A stretch of DNA of 64,000 nt from positions 32,116,001 through 32,180,000 of the forward strand of contig OX597829.1 in the NCBI GenBank assembly GCA_951406725.2, read 5' to 3'. The position numbers were made by a program, and so were the translations under genes. Shown piece after piece: positions 1 through 12,000 of the stretch. The stretch is from Octopus vulgaris. Its lineage: Eukaryota. Below the pieces are notes generated by a model that saw only the letters and a list, made by a program, of their open reading frames with translations, searched no databases and was not told the origin of the DNA. Numbering within the stretch: position 1 is the stretch's first letter; every line of letters begins with the position of its first letter.

Positions 1-265
1 CAGAAACACTCAATCTTTCTCCCACAGGTGTGCTTATCTCTTCTCTTTATACTCCTACCACTACAATAGCTCCCTAAGCCTCAGCGTTGGCTATTCACAA
101 GCTACCTTTAACCAAGCCCAACAAACTTACTCATCTATCTCTCCCCTCACTGACCATAGTGTGTCCATCAACTCAGGCTCTATGTTAACTACTATTCACA
201 GTCTCTTTGCAATTGCTTTCCTTGCAGTCATTAACTTGCTGTTGTTCAAGAGAGAAATTTACCAT

Positions 266-678
266 AGGCACAGGAGTGGCTGTGTGGTAAGTAGCTTGCT
301 AACCAACCACATGGTTCCGGGTTCAGTCCCACTGCGTGGCATCTTGGGCAAGTGTCTTCTGCTATAGCCCCGGGCCGACCAATGCCTTGTGAGTGGATTT
401 GGTAGACGGAAACTGAAAAGAAGCCTGTCGTATATATGTATATATATATAAGTGTGTGTGTATATGTTTGTGTGTCTGTGTTTGTCCCTCTAGCATTGCT
501 TGACAACCGATGCTGGTGTGTTTACATCCCCGTCACTTAGCGGTTCGGCAAAAGAGACCGATAGAATAAGTACTAGGCTTACAAAGAATAAGTCCCGGGG
601 TCGATTTGCTCGACTAAAGGCGGTGCTCCAGCATGGCTGCAGTCAAATGACTGAAACAAGTAAAAGAGTAAAAGAGTA
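266..678 (+). mobile_element. tRNA-derived SINE, family A (CORE-like central motif cttgggcaagtg)
   Basis: Box A/B-like head (gtggctgtgtggtaag...ggttcagtccc), internal (TA)n(TG)n tract and (gtaaaaga)n tail; many near-identical copies in this window. Confidence 0.9.
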
Positions 679-1986
679 TATAAGAACTCATCAGTCACAG
701 AGAGTTTGCAAAGGTCATCAGCCACTGTCTTCCTTAAGAACAAGTCAATAATCTAAGTATGTGTGTGTTTGTGTAGCTTTAACTTATTTAGACCATTGTT
801 TATTGCCTTGCTATAAACACAAGTATAAATAAATAATAAATAAATTCATAAATAAATAAAGCAAACTGGGTATTTAGTAAACAAACATATCTCAGGCATG
901 ATTCATATATATGCAAGAGGAATATTTTCCATAAAGGACTCACCCATCAAAGAGGGCTAATAATGTTCCTTAGACACACACACACACACACACATAAATC
1001 TCTGCTGATTCACCAGAAGTGATAAATTACAGGACTCAATACAAATGTAGAGTGTTCTTTACTACATTAAAGTGAAAAGCTCTGATTTCATGCACTCAGA
1101 GTAGCTTGTTTCCAATCATCAGCTGGTAAACTGAATCAGGTTTTTTTTTTTAACATCCACTGTCTGAATATCTTTTAAAATATGAAATCAAAGTTTGGCG
1201 AAATCACCTATCCTTATGTTCTTTTGTTAAAAAAAACCTTTGTGAATGGTTCATGCATAAATGTCTACTTCAAGCTCATGTTTTCAATCTCATTTCTGGT
1301 TCTCAAATTCCACCCACAAAACAATGTTCAACCAGAGACTATAGTAGAAGACATTTTACCAAGGTACAACACAGTGATATCAAGCCAAATCCAGAACCAC
1401 ATGGTTGCAAAGTAATCTTCTAGACCATACTGTGGTAACATGCTTATTAACTTACATTCAATGTCTGCTAATGAAATTTTCTTTGTGGTCCTTTAAATAA
1501 ACCATTTCATTCAATCGTCTACTTTTAGTTGTGTGGTAATATCTGTGCACACTTGTTGATGTTATTGTATGTATTTCAGGGTGTCATTTTGCATGTTTTT
1601 GTTATGGTATTTGAGAGGAATTTTCAATATACAGAGTTGTCTGTCTGTTTCATATAAGTTTTGTATAAATAACTGTATATAAACTTTATAAAGGAGCACA
1701 AGCTCATAACATTTCTATATATCTTTATATATAAAGAGTAAAGGCATGAGACCTAGTGGTTAGGAGCATTGGACTTACAATCATGACATTATTGCTTCAA
1801 TTCCCAGGTTGGGTGGTGTGTTATTTTCTTGAACAAAAAACAATTCATTTCCCGTTGCTTTAGTCCACTCAACCAAAAATGAACACCAATAACAGCTAGG
1901 GTTAACTCTTTGACAGATTGGCATCCTGCCCAAGGAGAGTATTCTGCTCTCACTTGCTTATACACTTATGGAAACTGTGATAAGCT

Positions 1987-2345
1987 CTAATGCAGGTGTT
2001 GATGAATGGTTGAATGACCAAATCCAAGCTTCTCTGCTTGATCCTCAACAGTTACGATGAGATTTTGTTTCACCAGAGTTTGCAGGATGTCCTCATTGAG
2101 TTCTAAAGATCTTCCAGGACAAGGTTCATCTTCTAGGCTGTAGTTTCCAGCTTGGAATTTCTGGAACCACTGTTGATACTGGCTTATGCTTATTGTCCAA
2201 TCCCCATATTGTGCATTAATATTCCTTGCACTTTCCATTGCATTGTTGCCTTATTGAACTCATAAAGCAAAATATACCGAATATGCTCCTTTGTCACTTT
2301 GCATTATAGCTTTGAAAAAAATAACTGTTAAAATCAAACTGCTTT
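1987..2345 (-). mobile_element. mariner transposase 5' fragment, same family as 38859-40094
   Basis: ORF MESARNINAQYGDWTISISQYQQWFQKFQAGNYSLEDEPCPGRSLELNEDILQTLVKQN, a mariner HTH N-terminus; DNA closely matches 39660-39995. Confidence 0.9.
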
Positions 2346-2451
2346 CCTATATGAGAGTAATAAGGTGTTTCAATAGAACATCTTTACCCCCGGGAATTAC
2401 TGGGTACACCAACTAGTATATATATATATATATATATATATCTTTTATTAT

Positions 2452-2653
2452 TTAAATTTTACTTGTTTCAGTTATTAGGCGGTGCCCATGCTGGGGCACT
2501 GTCTTGAAGAATTGATAGTTGAATAAATCAACCCCAGTGCTTATTTTTTTAAGCCTGGTACTTAATCTATTGATTTATTTTGCTGAACTGCTAAGTTATG
2601 GGAATGTAAACACACCTACATTGATTGTCAAGCAGTGGTAGCGAGGAAAAACA

Positions 2654-2730
<77 letters not shown>

Positions 2731-2905
2731 ACACATACACACATACGACAGGCTTCTTTCAGTTTCCATCTCCTGAATCCAATCACAAGTATTTCGTCAG
2801 CCCAAAGCCATATTAGAAGACATTTGCCCATGGTGCCACACAACGGGACTGAACCCAGAGCCATGTGATTGTGAAGCAAGCTTCTAACAACACAGCCATG
2901 CCTGC
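2452..2905 (-). mobile_element. SINE family A, diverged copy with expanded (CA)n
   Basis: Reverse-complement match to 266-678. Confidence 0.85.
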
Positions 2906-3341
2906 ATATTTATAAACTTTGTATATCAGGTTTGGTAAAAAAGCAGTAAATAAGATTTGGTAAACACACAAAATCATAAGTTTTTATCTATCTTTAAAAA
3001 ACTTTCTTTATAATATTTGTTAAAACAAACTCTGTAGTTTAAATGCTTTTTATCCACTTTTCTATGGTATACAACTATATATAAAGTTTTGTAAAACACA
3101 TAAACTTCAACAGGAGCCACTCCTAGCTGCATAATCTTTATTTTGCCAAAATGTGAACTAGCTGATATTACTGAAGTTATCTCCCCTGACTGGTGGGGGA
3201 TTTTTTTCCAGATTTTAAAGACTTATAGTGGGAGCTTTTGCCTACTCATTGCAAAGATAAGCTTAGATAATCAGTTTTTCAACTTACTATATTAGATATT
3301 TGAGACTATGTATGTATTGTGTGTGTGTGTGTGTGTGTGTA

Positions 3342-3423
<82 letters not shown>

Positions 3424-4225
3424 CACACACACACACACACATATTTCAAATTATTTTCATTGAAACAGGATTTCCAACTTAGTGATTAACTAAAATCCTT
3501 TATATCAACAAAGTAGAAAAAAGGGAGTGTGTGTGTGAATGTATGTGCATGTTTGTGTTTGTGTGTGAGTGTGCATGAGTGGGTTTGTGTATGTATGCAT
3601 GTCTGTCTGTATGTCTGTCTGTCTATATGTATATGTGTGTGTGTTTTCTGTGTGCATGAGTATGTGTTACTATGTGTGTTCATGTGTGTATGAACATCTG
3701 TGTGTATGTGTGTGAGTGTGAAAAGAAACAAAAAATTCAATGGTTAACGTAGATTAATATTCCAAAGCCAAAAGGGTTTTAAATAATTAACAAGTTAATC
3801 AGAGGCACTGTAAGGTAAAAACCAGTGTGAGGGGAACACAGGAGTAAGAGTGGAAGGTTGAAGAATATTTCAACAGAATGAGGAACTTTTTCATCTGACT
3901 CAAGTCAAGTCAGATGCCATTTCCTTCTCTGAAAGAAGCCAAGCAGAAAAAATTTTTTTTTTATAATGTTTGCCTGCATGTGCCAAAATTACGAATATCC
4001 AAACATTTTTTCCTACCCGTCATCATTATCAACATTTTATTACTATTTTTCTAGAAGCCCACATGTAAACACACACACACACACACACAAACTTTTTATT
4101 TGATCAAATGAAGGATTGATAAAATATACAATGAGCAAAATTTGGGTATGTCAGGCTTTTTGAAATTTGGGTAGATTAAATAAATTATTGATAATGAATC
4201 GTCATTCTTTATGTTGTTACATACA

Positions 4226-5121
4226 TGTGGGGTGATATCAAAAAGTTCCCAGACTAGTTATGTTTAATAACAAATAACTTATTTACCTAAATCTTAACAT
4301 CATCTCCTCCGAAATAGTCACCTTGTGCAACAATACACCAGTCCCAACATTTCTGCCACTTTTGGAATCTGGTCTGGAAGTTGTTTTCCGTGAGTCAAAG
4401 ACCTTCTGCAATTCACTCTAGATCTCAACAATAGTGTTTAAATGGCAACCTTTGAACTGCATTTTCATCTTAGGGAAGAGATGGAAATCCACAGGCGAAT
4501 AGGGTGGCTACAGCAGTGATACTAAGTTGTTTTTGGTGAGAAACTCACGAGTGAGGAGATCTCATTGACAGGGTGCAATGTTGTCATGAAGAATCCAATT
4601 CTTTGTGGACTTTAGGATTCCTTGCACAGACCCATACAACAAACAACAACATCAGCAATGTCATTGATTATCCTCTGACAATCCTCATGTACAAGCTGAT
4701 TAATTTTCTCCACATTTCTGGGGGTGACGCTTGTGACAGGTCCTCCAGATCACTTATCATCTTTCAGGGACATTCTTCCATTTTTGAAGACCCCATACGA
4801 CTCAAGACATTGCATATAACCCACTGCTTTGTCACCGTAAGCTTACAAAAGTATGCTGAATGTCTCTGTAGCAGACTTCCCAAGTATAAATCAAAATTTC
4901 ATGTTGGCTCTTTGTTCCTGTCCATGACAAAATTACAGACTCCAGCATACATGTGACCACAAAAACATACATCTCACAACTTGCAAAGTAAACACAGTGC
5001 TGTCACTCAGCACACTGCCTCATGAAGGTCACTGCTATCTCTCACTGCACATACAACCATATGCTGCAATCTGTTGGTGTACTACAGAACTAGTCTGAGA
5101 ACTTTTTGATACCACCTTGTA
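4226..5121 (-). mobile_element. Degenerate, internally deleted mariner element
   Basis: Terminal inverted repeats ggtgatatcaaaaagttcccagactagt / actagtctgagaactttttgataccacc, TA at the right end, decayed transposase remnants inside. Confidence 0.8.
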
Positions 5122-5229
5122 TAGAGAGACAAACAAACAGATATAGATCAATAGATGTGTGTACATGAGTGTGTGTATGTGCATGTACATCTGCATGTTT
5201 ACCTAATATAAAATTCAATTTGTATAGTT

Positions 5230-5645
5230 GAAATCTGCTTGATCCTTCAGTTGTTGGTCAGAGATGTTTCAATAGGCTGATGACTGACTTTTTAAAACAG
5301 TTTATAGAGGTAAGACAAGAAGCAAACAGGGAAATAGTTTCTAAAACCTTCTTCATCATTCTTCTTATGAAGCAAAATGGTATTTAAACCTTTCCACAGA
5401 GAGGGTATTTTACTTTCCTTTACATAGTGATTGAAGTGGAGGATAAAGATTTTTCCAGAGTTCTTCACCTCCACACCCTAACATCTCTGTTGTTAAGTTA
5501 TTTTTTCCTGGAGCTTTGTCTGCTTTCATCAGCTTAATAGCATTTTCAATTTCAGTGACTAGAGAAGGTGGCACTTCTCCAAGCACTGTGACAGTGGAGG
5601 ATTGAGCTTCACTGATGATTTAAAAAGGTTGGTGTAGAAGGTTTT
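5230..5645 (-). mobile_element. RTE-clade LINE fragment (N-terminal RT region)
   Basis: Frameshifted translation TFYTNLF...EIENAIKLMKADKAPGKNNLTTEML...IPSLWKGLNTILLHKK..NYFPVCFLSYLYKLF resembles the RTE-type KAPG.D/NYRPI.LLS..YKLF pattern. Confidence 0.8.
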
Positions 5646-5706
5646 ATCAACTGGGACCCTCATCGTCATAACCGACAGAGTGTTCCATATATATATATAT
5701 ATATAT

Positions 5707-5778
5707 ACAATACAGAGAAGATTAGCATGGCCCTTGCACAAGGATGACACACAAATTCATGAAGCACTCCATATTTTT
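5707..5778 (+). pseudogene. RNU6: U6 snRNA pseudogene (3' two-thirds)
   Basis: acaatacagagaagattagcatggcccttgcacaaggatgacacacaaattcatgaagcactccatattttt matches U6 from ACGATACAGAGAAG to the terminal U-tract; the CpGs are changed to CpA and the 5' stem-loop is absent. Confidence 0.95.
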
Positions 5779-6162
5779 CAGAAACCAGTGTCACGCAAAT
5801 GGCACCTGTACCCTTGCCATGTAAAAACACCTTTCGAGCACTGGGCCTCATGGAGGGAAAGACCAAGATCATGTGGCATTATGCTGGGGTTCAAGCATTG
5901 GGCATTATGTCGTGCTTGAGAAGAAGACCCATCAAGCCAAGTAAAACCACAGTTGTGGCAGATACTGGTGTCACACAAATGGCACCCATGCTGGTGGCAC
6001 ATAAAAACCACTATTACATTCTTGGAGTGGTTGACATTAGGAAGGGCATCCAGCCATAGAAACCATGCCAAAACAGACTGGAGTCTGATACAGCCTTCCA
6101 GCCCTGGTCAAACTATCCAACCCATGCCAGCATGGACAACAGACAGTAAATGATGATGATGA
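5779..6162 (+). mobile_element. 5'-truncated non-autonomous retroelement, family C, (GAT)n tail, fused to the U6 copy
   Basis: Shares the ggtggcacataaaa, taggaagggcatccagc and ccaacccatgccagcatgga motifs and the (gat)n tail with copies at 26041-26930, 28424-28572, 46408-46555 and 58418-58890. Confidence 0.8.
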
Positions 6163-6879
6163 TCATGATCATCATCATCATCATTTTAACATCCACTTTA
6201 CAATACTTGCATGGATCAGATGGAATTTGTTGAGGCAGATTTTCTACATCTGGATGCCCTTCCTGTCACCAACCTTCACTTGTTTCCAAACAAGGTAATA
6301 TTTAACCATAGGAGATAGGAAACAAATACAACACTTGTAGGATGATTATGCTCATTTGATGTGGTGGAATGAAAATCTGAACTAAAATTCGAATATAAAT
6401 TTAAATTCAACAAAATAAAATATTTTTTCCTTAATTAAAAGTTAAATTTTGGTTTAAAATATTTTCATGAATTTTCTCTTTTTATCCAAATTTGATATAA
6501 GAAAATAATTACTAACTCACCAACGTGTGCTACCTTCCTTCTGTCTGTTCTACTAAAATAATTCCAATATGTCTCAGATTGCTATCTTAATTCCAAGACT
6601 ATCCATTTCAAGAAAGATTAGATTAGTTCTGATAATTGACTGGAACATATTTTAGTGGTCCCCGGAGGGATGAAAAGTTAGTCGCAGTGTGGTTTGAATA
6701 AACTATGTAAAGTGATGCAACTAAATAGCTCAAAGCATTTAGCCTCATACACTACCTGTTTTTGGCATAATATATTTCAATTTTATCAGTAATTTGAGAT
6801 TACGATCAGAAAAAGTGGAAGAAGAAAGTAAAGAAAAAAATCAATAGAAAAGCAACTAAAACTGATTAAAATTTCTTAC

Positions 6880-6923
6880 CTGGCTGATGCAAGTTGGTCA
6901 AAGTTGGAATTATTGTACTTGAA
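6880..6923 (-). CDS. AtuA-like gene exon (44 nt), last visible in the window
   Basis: Acceptor cttcttaaacag, donor gtaaga; [14 protein letters not shown] plus AG, matching the FxWxxxDxDxLAxxS segment that precedes the LAGH.IECG motif in AtuA proteins. Confidence 0.88.
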
Positions 6924-7774
6924 CTGTTTAAGAAGAAACAAAGAATTATTTTATATACATTCTTTTCCAGTTGGGGTAGCCATGTACTTCTCATACAGCA
7001 AGACATGTTCCTGTCCCTCTATCATAGTTTAACCTCTCAACATCTGGCATAAAGCCACCCCACTTACTACTACAGCTGAAGGGTCTTGTCTTGCAAGTTA
7101 CCTGGTGACCTCACTGATATTGGTGCTATATAAAAGCACCCAATACACTCTGTAAAATTGTTTGTGTTAGGAACGACATCCATCCATAGAAACCATGCCA
7201 AAGCAGGGAATAAAGCTTAGTGCAGACCTTGGGCTTTCCAACTCCTGTCAAACCACCCAACTCATGGAAAATGGATACACATGAGATGATGATGATGACA
7301 ATGTCGAGGTGTTGTGTTAAAGTGGACATTTACAAATGGCTCTTTAGACAGAATGTTAGTCTGTGGGGAGTAGTTAGACAGTCAGCAGCAATTCATATTC
7401 CTATTACCATCAACACCATCAGCATCATCTGAGGTAGGACACTGGTAGAATTGCTACAGTGCCAGGAAACAATGCCTTACAGTATTTGTTCCAGAACTTT
7501 CAGTTTCATCTTTGAATCTTAGACTAATCAGTTTGTACTATGATTTATTTTTGTTTCCTGCTTAGTACCAAGCTGGCAGAATTGTTAGCAGGCCAGGCAA
7601 AATACCTAGTGGTATTTCCTTCGTCTTTACACCCTGAGTTCAAATTCTGCTGAGACTGACTTTGCTTTTCATTTTTATGGGATTGATAAAATAAGTACCA
7701 GTTGAACACTGGGTTCAATATAATCAACTTTCCCCTTTTCCCAAAATTGCTGGCCTTGTGGCAAAATTTAAAAC

Positions 7775-7819
<45 letters not shown>

Positions 7820-9021
7820 GGCAGCAAGCTGGCAGAATTGTTAGCATGCCCGACGAAATCAAGTACCAGTGAAAGACTGGGGTCAATGTAATCAGCTAGC
7901 TCCCTCTCCCAAAATTTCAGTCCTTGTACCTATAGTAGAAAGGATTATTATTGGTGTTGTTGTTGTTGCCCAGTATCTGATCGATCCCAACGGTAGTCAT
8001 GAAATGCGAAAGTAGGTGTGCAGGCTGTGTTTGTAATGCTGTGTGTGTGTGTATCGTCTGCAGTGAGAACAGGGACAGTTTTCTGAAACCATTGCCTGTA
8101 TCACAAACTTATTCCCTAGACTTGCCAAAAACCACTACAAGTTGTGGTGACACAACCAGGTAACGACAGTGCTACATTGGAAACTGCAAAAAGTGGGACT
8201 AGAGAGAGGCAAGCATGGTATGAGCACAAACCACAGGGAGTGACAGAGGTGGAGACTATAGCAAAATCCTCTGGGATTTCTCAATCCAAACAGATCAGGT
8301 GCTAGAGCATAACAGACTGAGTGGTGATGGCCAAGGTGCACCACATGTGCTATATAGTTGACGTTGCATGCTTCCTTTGACCCACAAATAGTCAAGAAGG
8401 AAGACAGTGTTAATGGTGTGAAGATGAAGATGATGATGATGATGAGGAGGAGGAGGAGGAGGATAACTGCAGTGATAATAATGATGATTGAGATGGTGAT
8501 GATAATTGTAAAAATTTCATAATGATAAAGGGGACAATAATGCTGATGATGGTGGTGGTGGTGGTGGTGGCAGTGGTGATGGCATTGGAGGTTTTGGTAA
8601 TGGAGACAGTGATTCATTTTTAAAAAATTGCAAGGACCTATGTTAGTAATGGGGAGGTGAAAGAGAGGAAACAAGATTAAGCAATGTTCATGCCTTTTAC
8701 CTATTACAACAGCAGCATTTGATACAAATTGCAAACGAAATGCCAGTGGGAATTAATGGAAAAAGGAGGGCAAAGAAGGTCATCAAAACCAGGTCACAGA
8801 GTCAATTTGCCAAGAGCTTATCACAGCTCAACAATATAGTATCATCATCATCATCATCATCATCACCCTCATCCCCACCATCACTCCCACAACCACCATC
8901 ACCTCCTTCATCATCATCATCACCAATCTCCACCTCCTTCTCTATCATCATCATCATCGTCATCATCACCACCACTAATACCACCACCGCCACCACCACC
9001 ACTGTCACTGCTATCATCACT

Positions 9022-9054
<33 letters not shown>

Positions 9055-12000
9055 GTTGTTGTTGTCATAATTCATAATCCGCAATTTCATCATTGTCAAC
9101 AGTAGCAACAACAGCAACAATAATAATGGAAATAATAATTAGCCGGGTGACAACAACAATCAAGCACAGGGGAGGAAATGACCTGCTTTCTTATCATGGA
9201 GAGCTCTTCATTAGACTTAGTACTTGCATCATATATATACATTCGGCTACTTGGAGTCATGTGACATAGGTAGATAGGTGGGTGTATAGTGGTGACATTT
9301 CTATACAATTCCTAAGTAAATAAACAACACCTATATTGTTTTTTTAATTACAGGTTGTTGCCTTTTTTGTTTTGGTGGAACACAGGGGGAGGTGGTCATG
9401 TGAGCTCAAGAATACAAGTTGATATAGAATTTTTTGTTTTTTAGGTTTCGTTATGTTATTATCGGGAAGACAGAAATATTTAACATTTATACGAGTTGTG
9501 AGCGTTGGAAACAGGAATTTATTTTTCTACATTTTTAGTCAGGAAGGAAGGCGGTGCCCATAACTTTTTGGGATGGAGGGAGGGAGGGAGGGAGGGAGGT
9601 ATTTTAAAATGGAGACATGACCTAAATGTTTGCAACAGAGTAGACTCTACTAATTTATGGTGGTGTCAGCTGGTGGTGTTTAACCAAGCAATGGATTCAT
9701 TCTATTCATCTATGTAGGTCATTGCAGGATTTGAACTCAGAATGTACAGAGCCATAACAAATATTGCAAGACATCTGACTTGACAACTTTCCATGAATAC
9801 ATCTTTGTAGAAGGGTACTTTTTTCTTTTTCATGGAGATTGGAAGAATGAAAGACAAATTTAATCCCAGCAGGATCTGAATGCAGAGTATAATCCAACAT
9901 TTTGATAGCATTGACAAATTTCTGCATAAATGGTCAAGAACTTTATAATATTTACTTCAAAATCATGAGGCCCTAGTTTCAAACTCACTGAGGTATCTTT
10001 GATAAGTGTCTTTTATCATAGCATCCAGTCACTACAAGTCTTGTTGGTGAAATTGGATAGACAGAAACTGTGTGCAAGCGGTGAGCTGGCAGAAATATTA
10101 GCATGCCGAGCGAAATGTTTAGCGGTTTTTCATTTGGTGTTACGTTCTGAGTCGACTTTGCTTTGTAGTGGGACTGAGTTGACTTTGCCATGTAGTGGGA
10201 CTGAACCAGAGACTATGTAGTTGGGAAGCAAACTTCTAACCATACAGCCATACCTGTACTTATTACTTATCTCTTTCTGTGTGCTTGTGGAAAGAGGTGG
10301 GGGAGCAGTATTACCTTTAATAAATGGGTTTTTTTTCAGGAAAGGTGTCTATATTTCACCACATTGTCCACTGATATTTGACTGCTATTTCTAGCAAGTC
10401 AAGTGATGACATAGTGTTAATGTATTTAATGCAGGGAGCATTAAAAAGCCAATTTGAAATCATAATGATGATGATCATCATCATTTAAAAGGAACATTAA
10501 AGGATAATGATGATTCATAATTAGCTTTTTAATACTCCCTGCATTAAATATGTTAACACTACGTCATCACTTGACTCGCTAAAAATAGCAGTCAAATATC
10601 ATTGGACGATGTAGTAAAATATAGACACCTTTCCTGAAAAAAAAGAGAAAAACCCACAGGATTATCATAGCTGAAATACCTTTGATCTTGCTTGATCATG
10701 GCTGACTTATGGGTTAAACAACAGGAATAACACTTACTAGATAAAGTGTAATTGATCTCAAGTTGATTTGGCTAATAATTAGGTTCCAGGGTGCCATCAC
10801 TGCATCATACCACTGGACAGAAAACAGTTTTGCAGTAAGCTGGCATCATACCACTGGACAGAATACAGTAAGGCGGCGAGCTGGCAGAAACGTTAGCACG
10901 CCGGGCGAAATGCTTAGCAGGATTTCGTCTGCCGCTACGTTCTGAGTTCAAATTCCGCCAAGGTCAACTTTGCCTTTCATCCTTTTGGGGGTCGATTAAA
11001 TAAGTACCAGTTATGCACTGGGGTCGATGTAATCGACTTTATCCGTTTGTCTGTCCTTGTTTGTCCCCTCTGTGTGTAACCCCTTGTGGGCAGTAAAGAA
11101 ATAAGAATACAGTTTTGCCTCAGTCTGCCTGGCTGATACAGTAGGTAGCACTCTCTCTTTTTACTCTCTTTTACTTGTTTCAGTCATTTGACTGCGGCCA
11201 TGCTGGAGCACCACCTTTTAGTACTTATTCTATCGGTCTCTTTTTGCCGAACCGCTAAGTGACGGGGACATAAACACACCAGCATCGGTTGTCAAGCAAT
11301 GCTAGGGGGACAAACACAGACACACAAACACACACACATATACATATATATACATATATACGACAGGCTTCTTTCAGTTTCCGTCTACCAAATCCACTCA
11401 CAAGGCATTGGTCGGCCCGGGGCTATAGCAGAAGACACTTGCCCAAGATGCCACGCAGTGGGACTGAACCCGCAACCGTGTGGTTGGTTAGCAAGCTACT
11501 TACCACACAGCCACTCCTGCGCCTATATATACATAGCACATATACATATACATGAAAGTTGAGTGGTTAACTACAGCAATGTCATCTAGAATACTGCAAG
11601 ACTTGTGACAACCTTTTTCCTGCAGACAACATTAAAACAAAGCAAACAAATATTTCTATGTGGTCTGATCAATAAGTATTTGGACTGTTGCCATAGTAAT
11701 GAAGCTAGAGCATGCAGAGTGAAGCTGCTTGGCAAAGATTGATCTTGAACTCTGTTGTGCATGCACACTATGTTTTAACATTCTAGCTCACTTCCACTGT
11801 TTACAACAACACTTGGAAGGAAGGTGTGTAGCATGTGATCATCACATTGACCATGACAGAGAAAGTTGAGCTGAGAATATGCATCAAATTTTGCAAAAAT
11901 CTTAGTGATACCTGCTCAGAAGCATATGCAAAGTCATCAAAAAATTTTCATCATTCTTGACACAATGAATGAGATCTTGTGCAATTGAAACCCAAGTGTG

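Noticed and set aside
1456-1490. AG...GTAAGT-bounded 35-nt candidate for the next AtuA-like exon on the minus strand
   Set aside because: In the required phase it reads RTTKKISLADIE, not the expected LAGH.IECG motif, and it would shift the frame.
5707-5778. Functional U6 snRNA gene
   Set aside because: The 5' stem-loop is missing, there is no recognisable upstream promoter context, and substitutions hit conserved positions.
8135-9120. Long ORFs (199 aa, 128 aa) with poly-His/Ile/Ser/Asp runs
   Set aside because: They are trinucleotide microsatellite plus the antisense strand of a LINE fragment; no protein-family signal.
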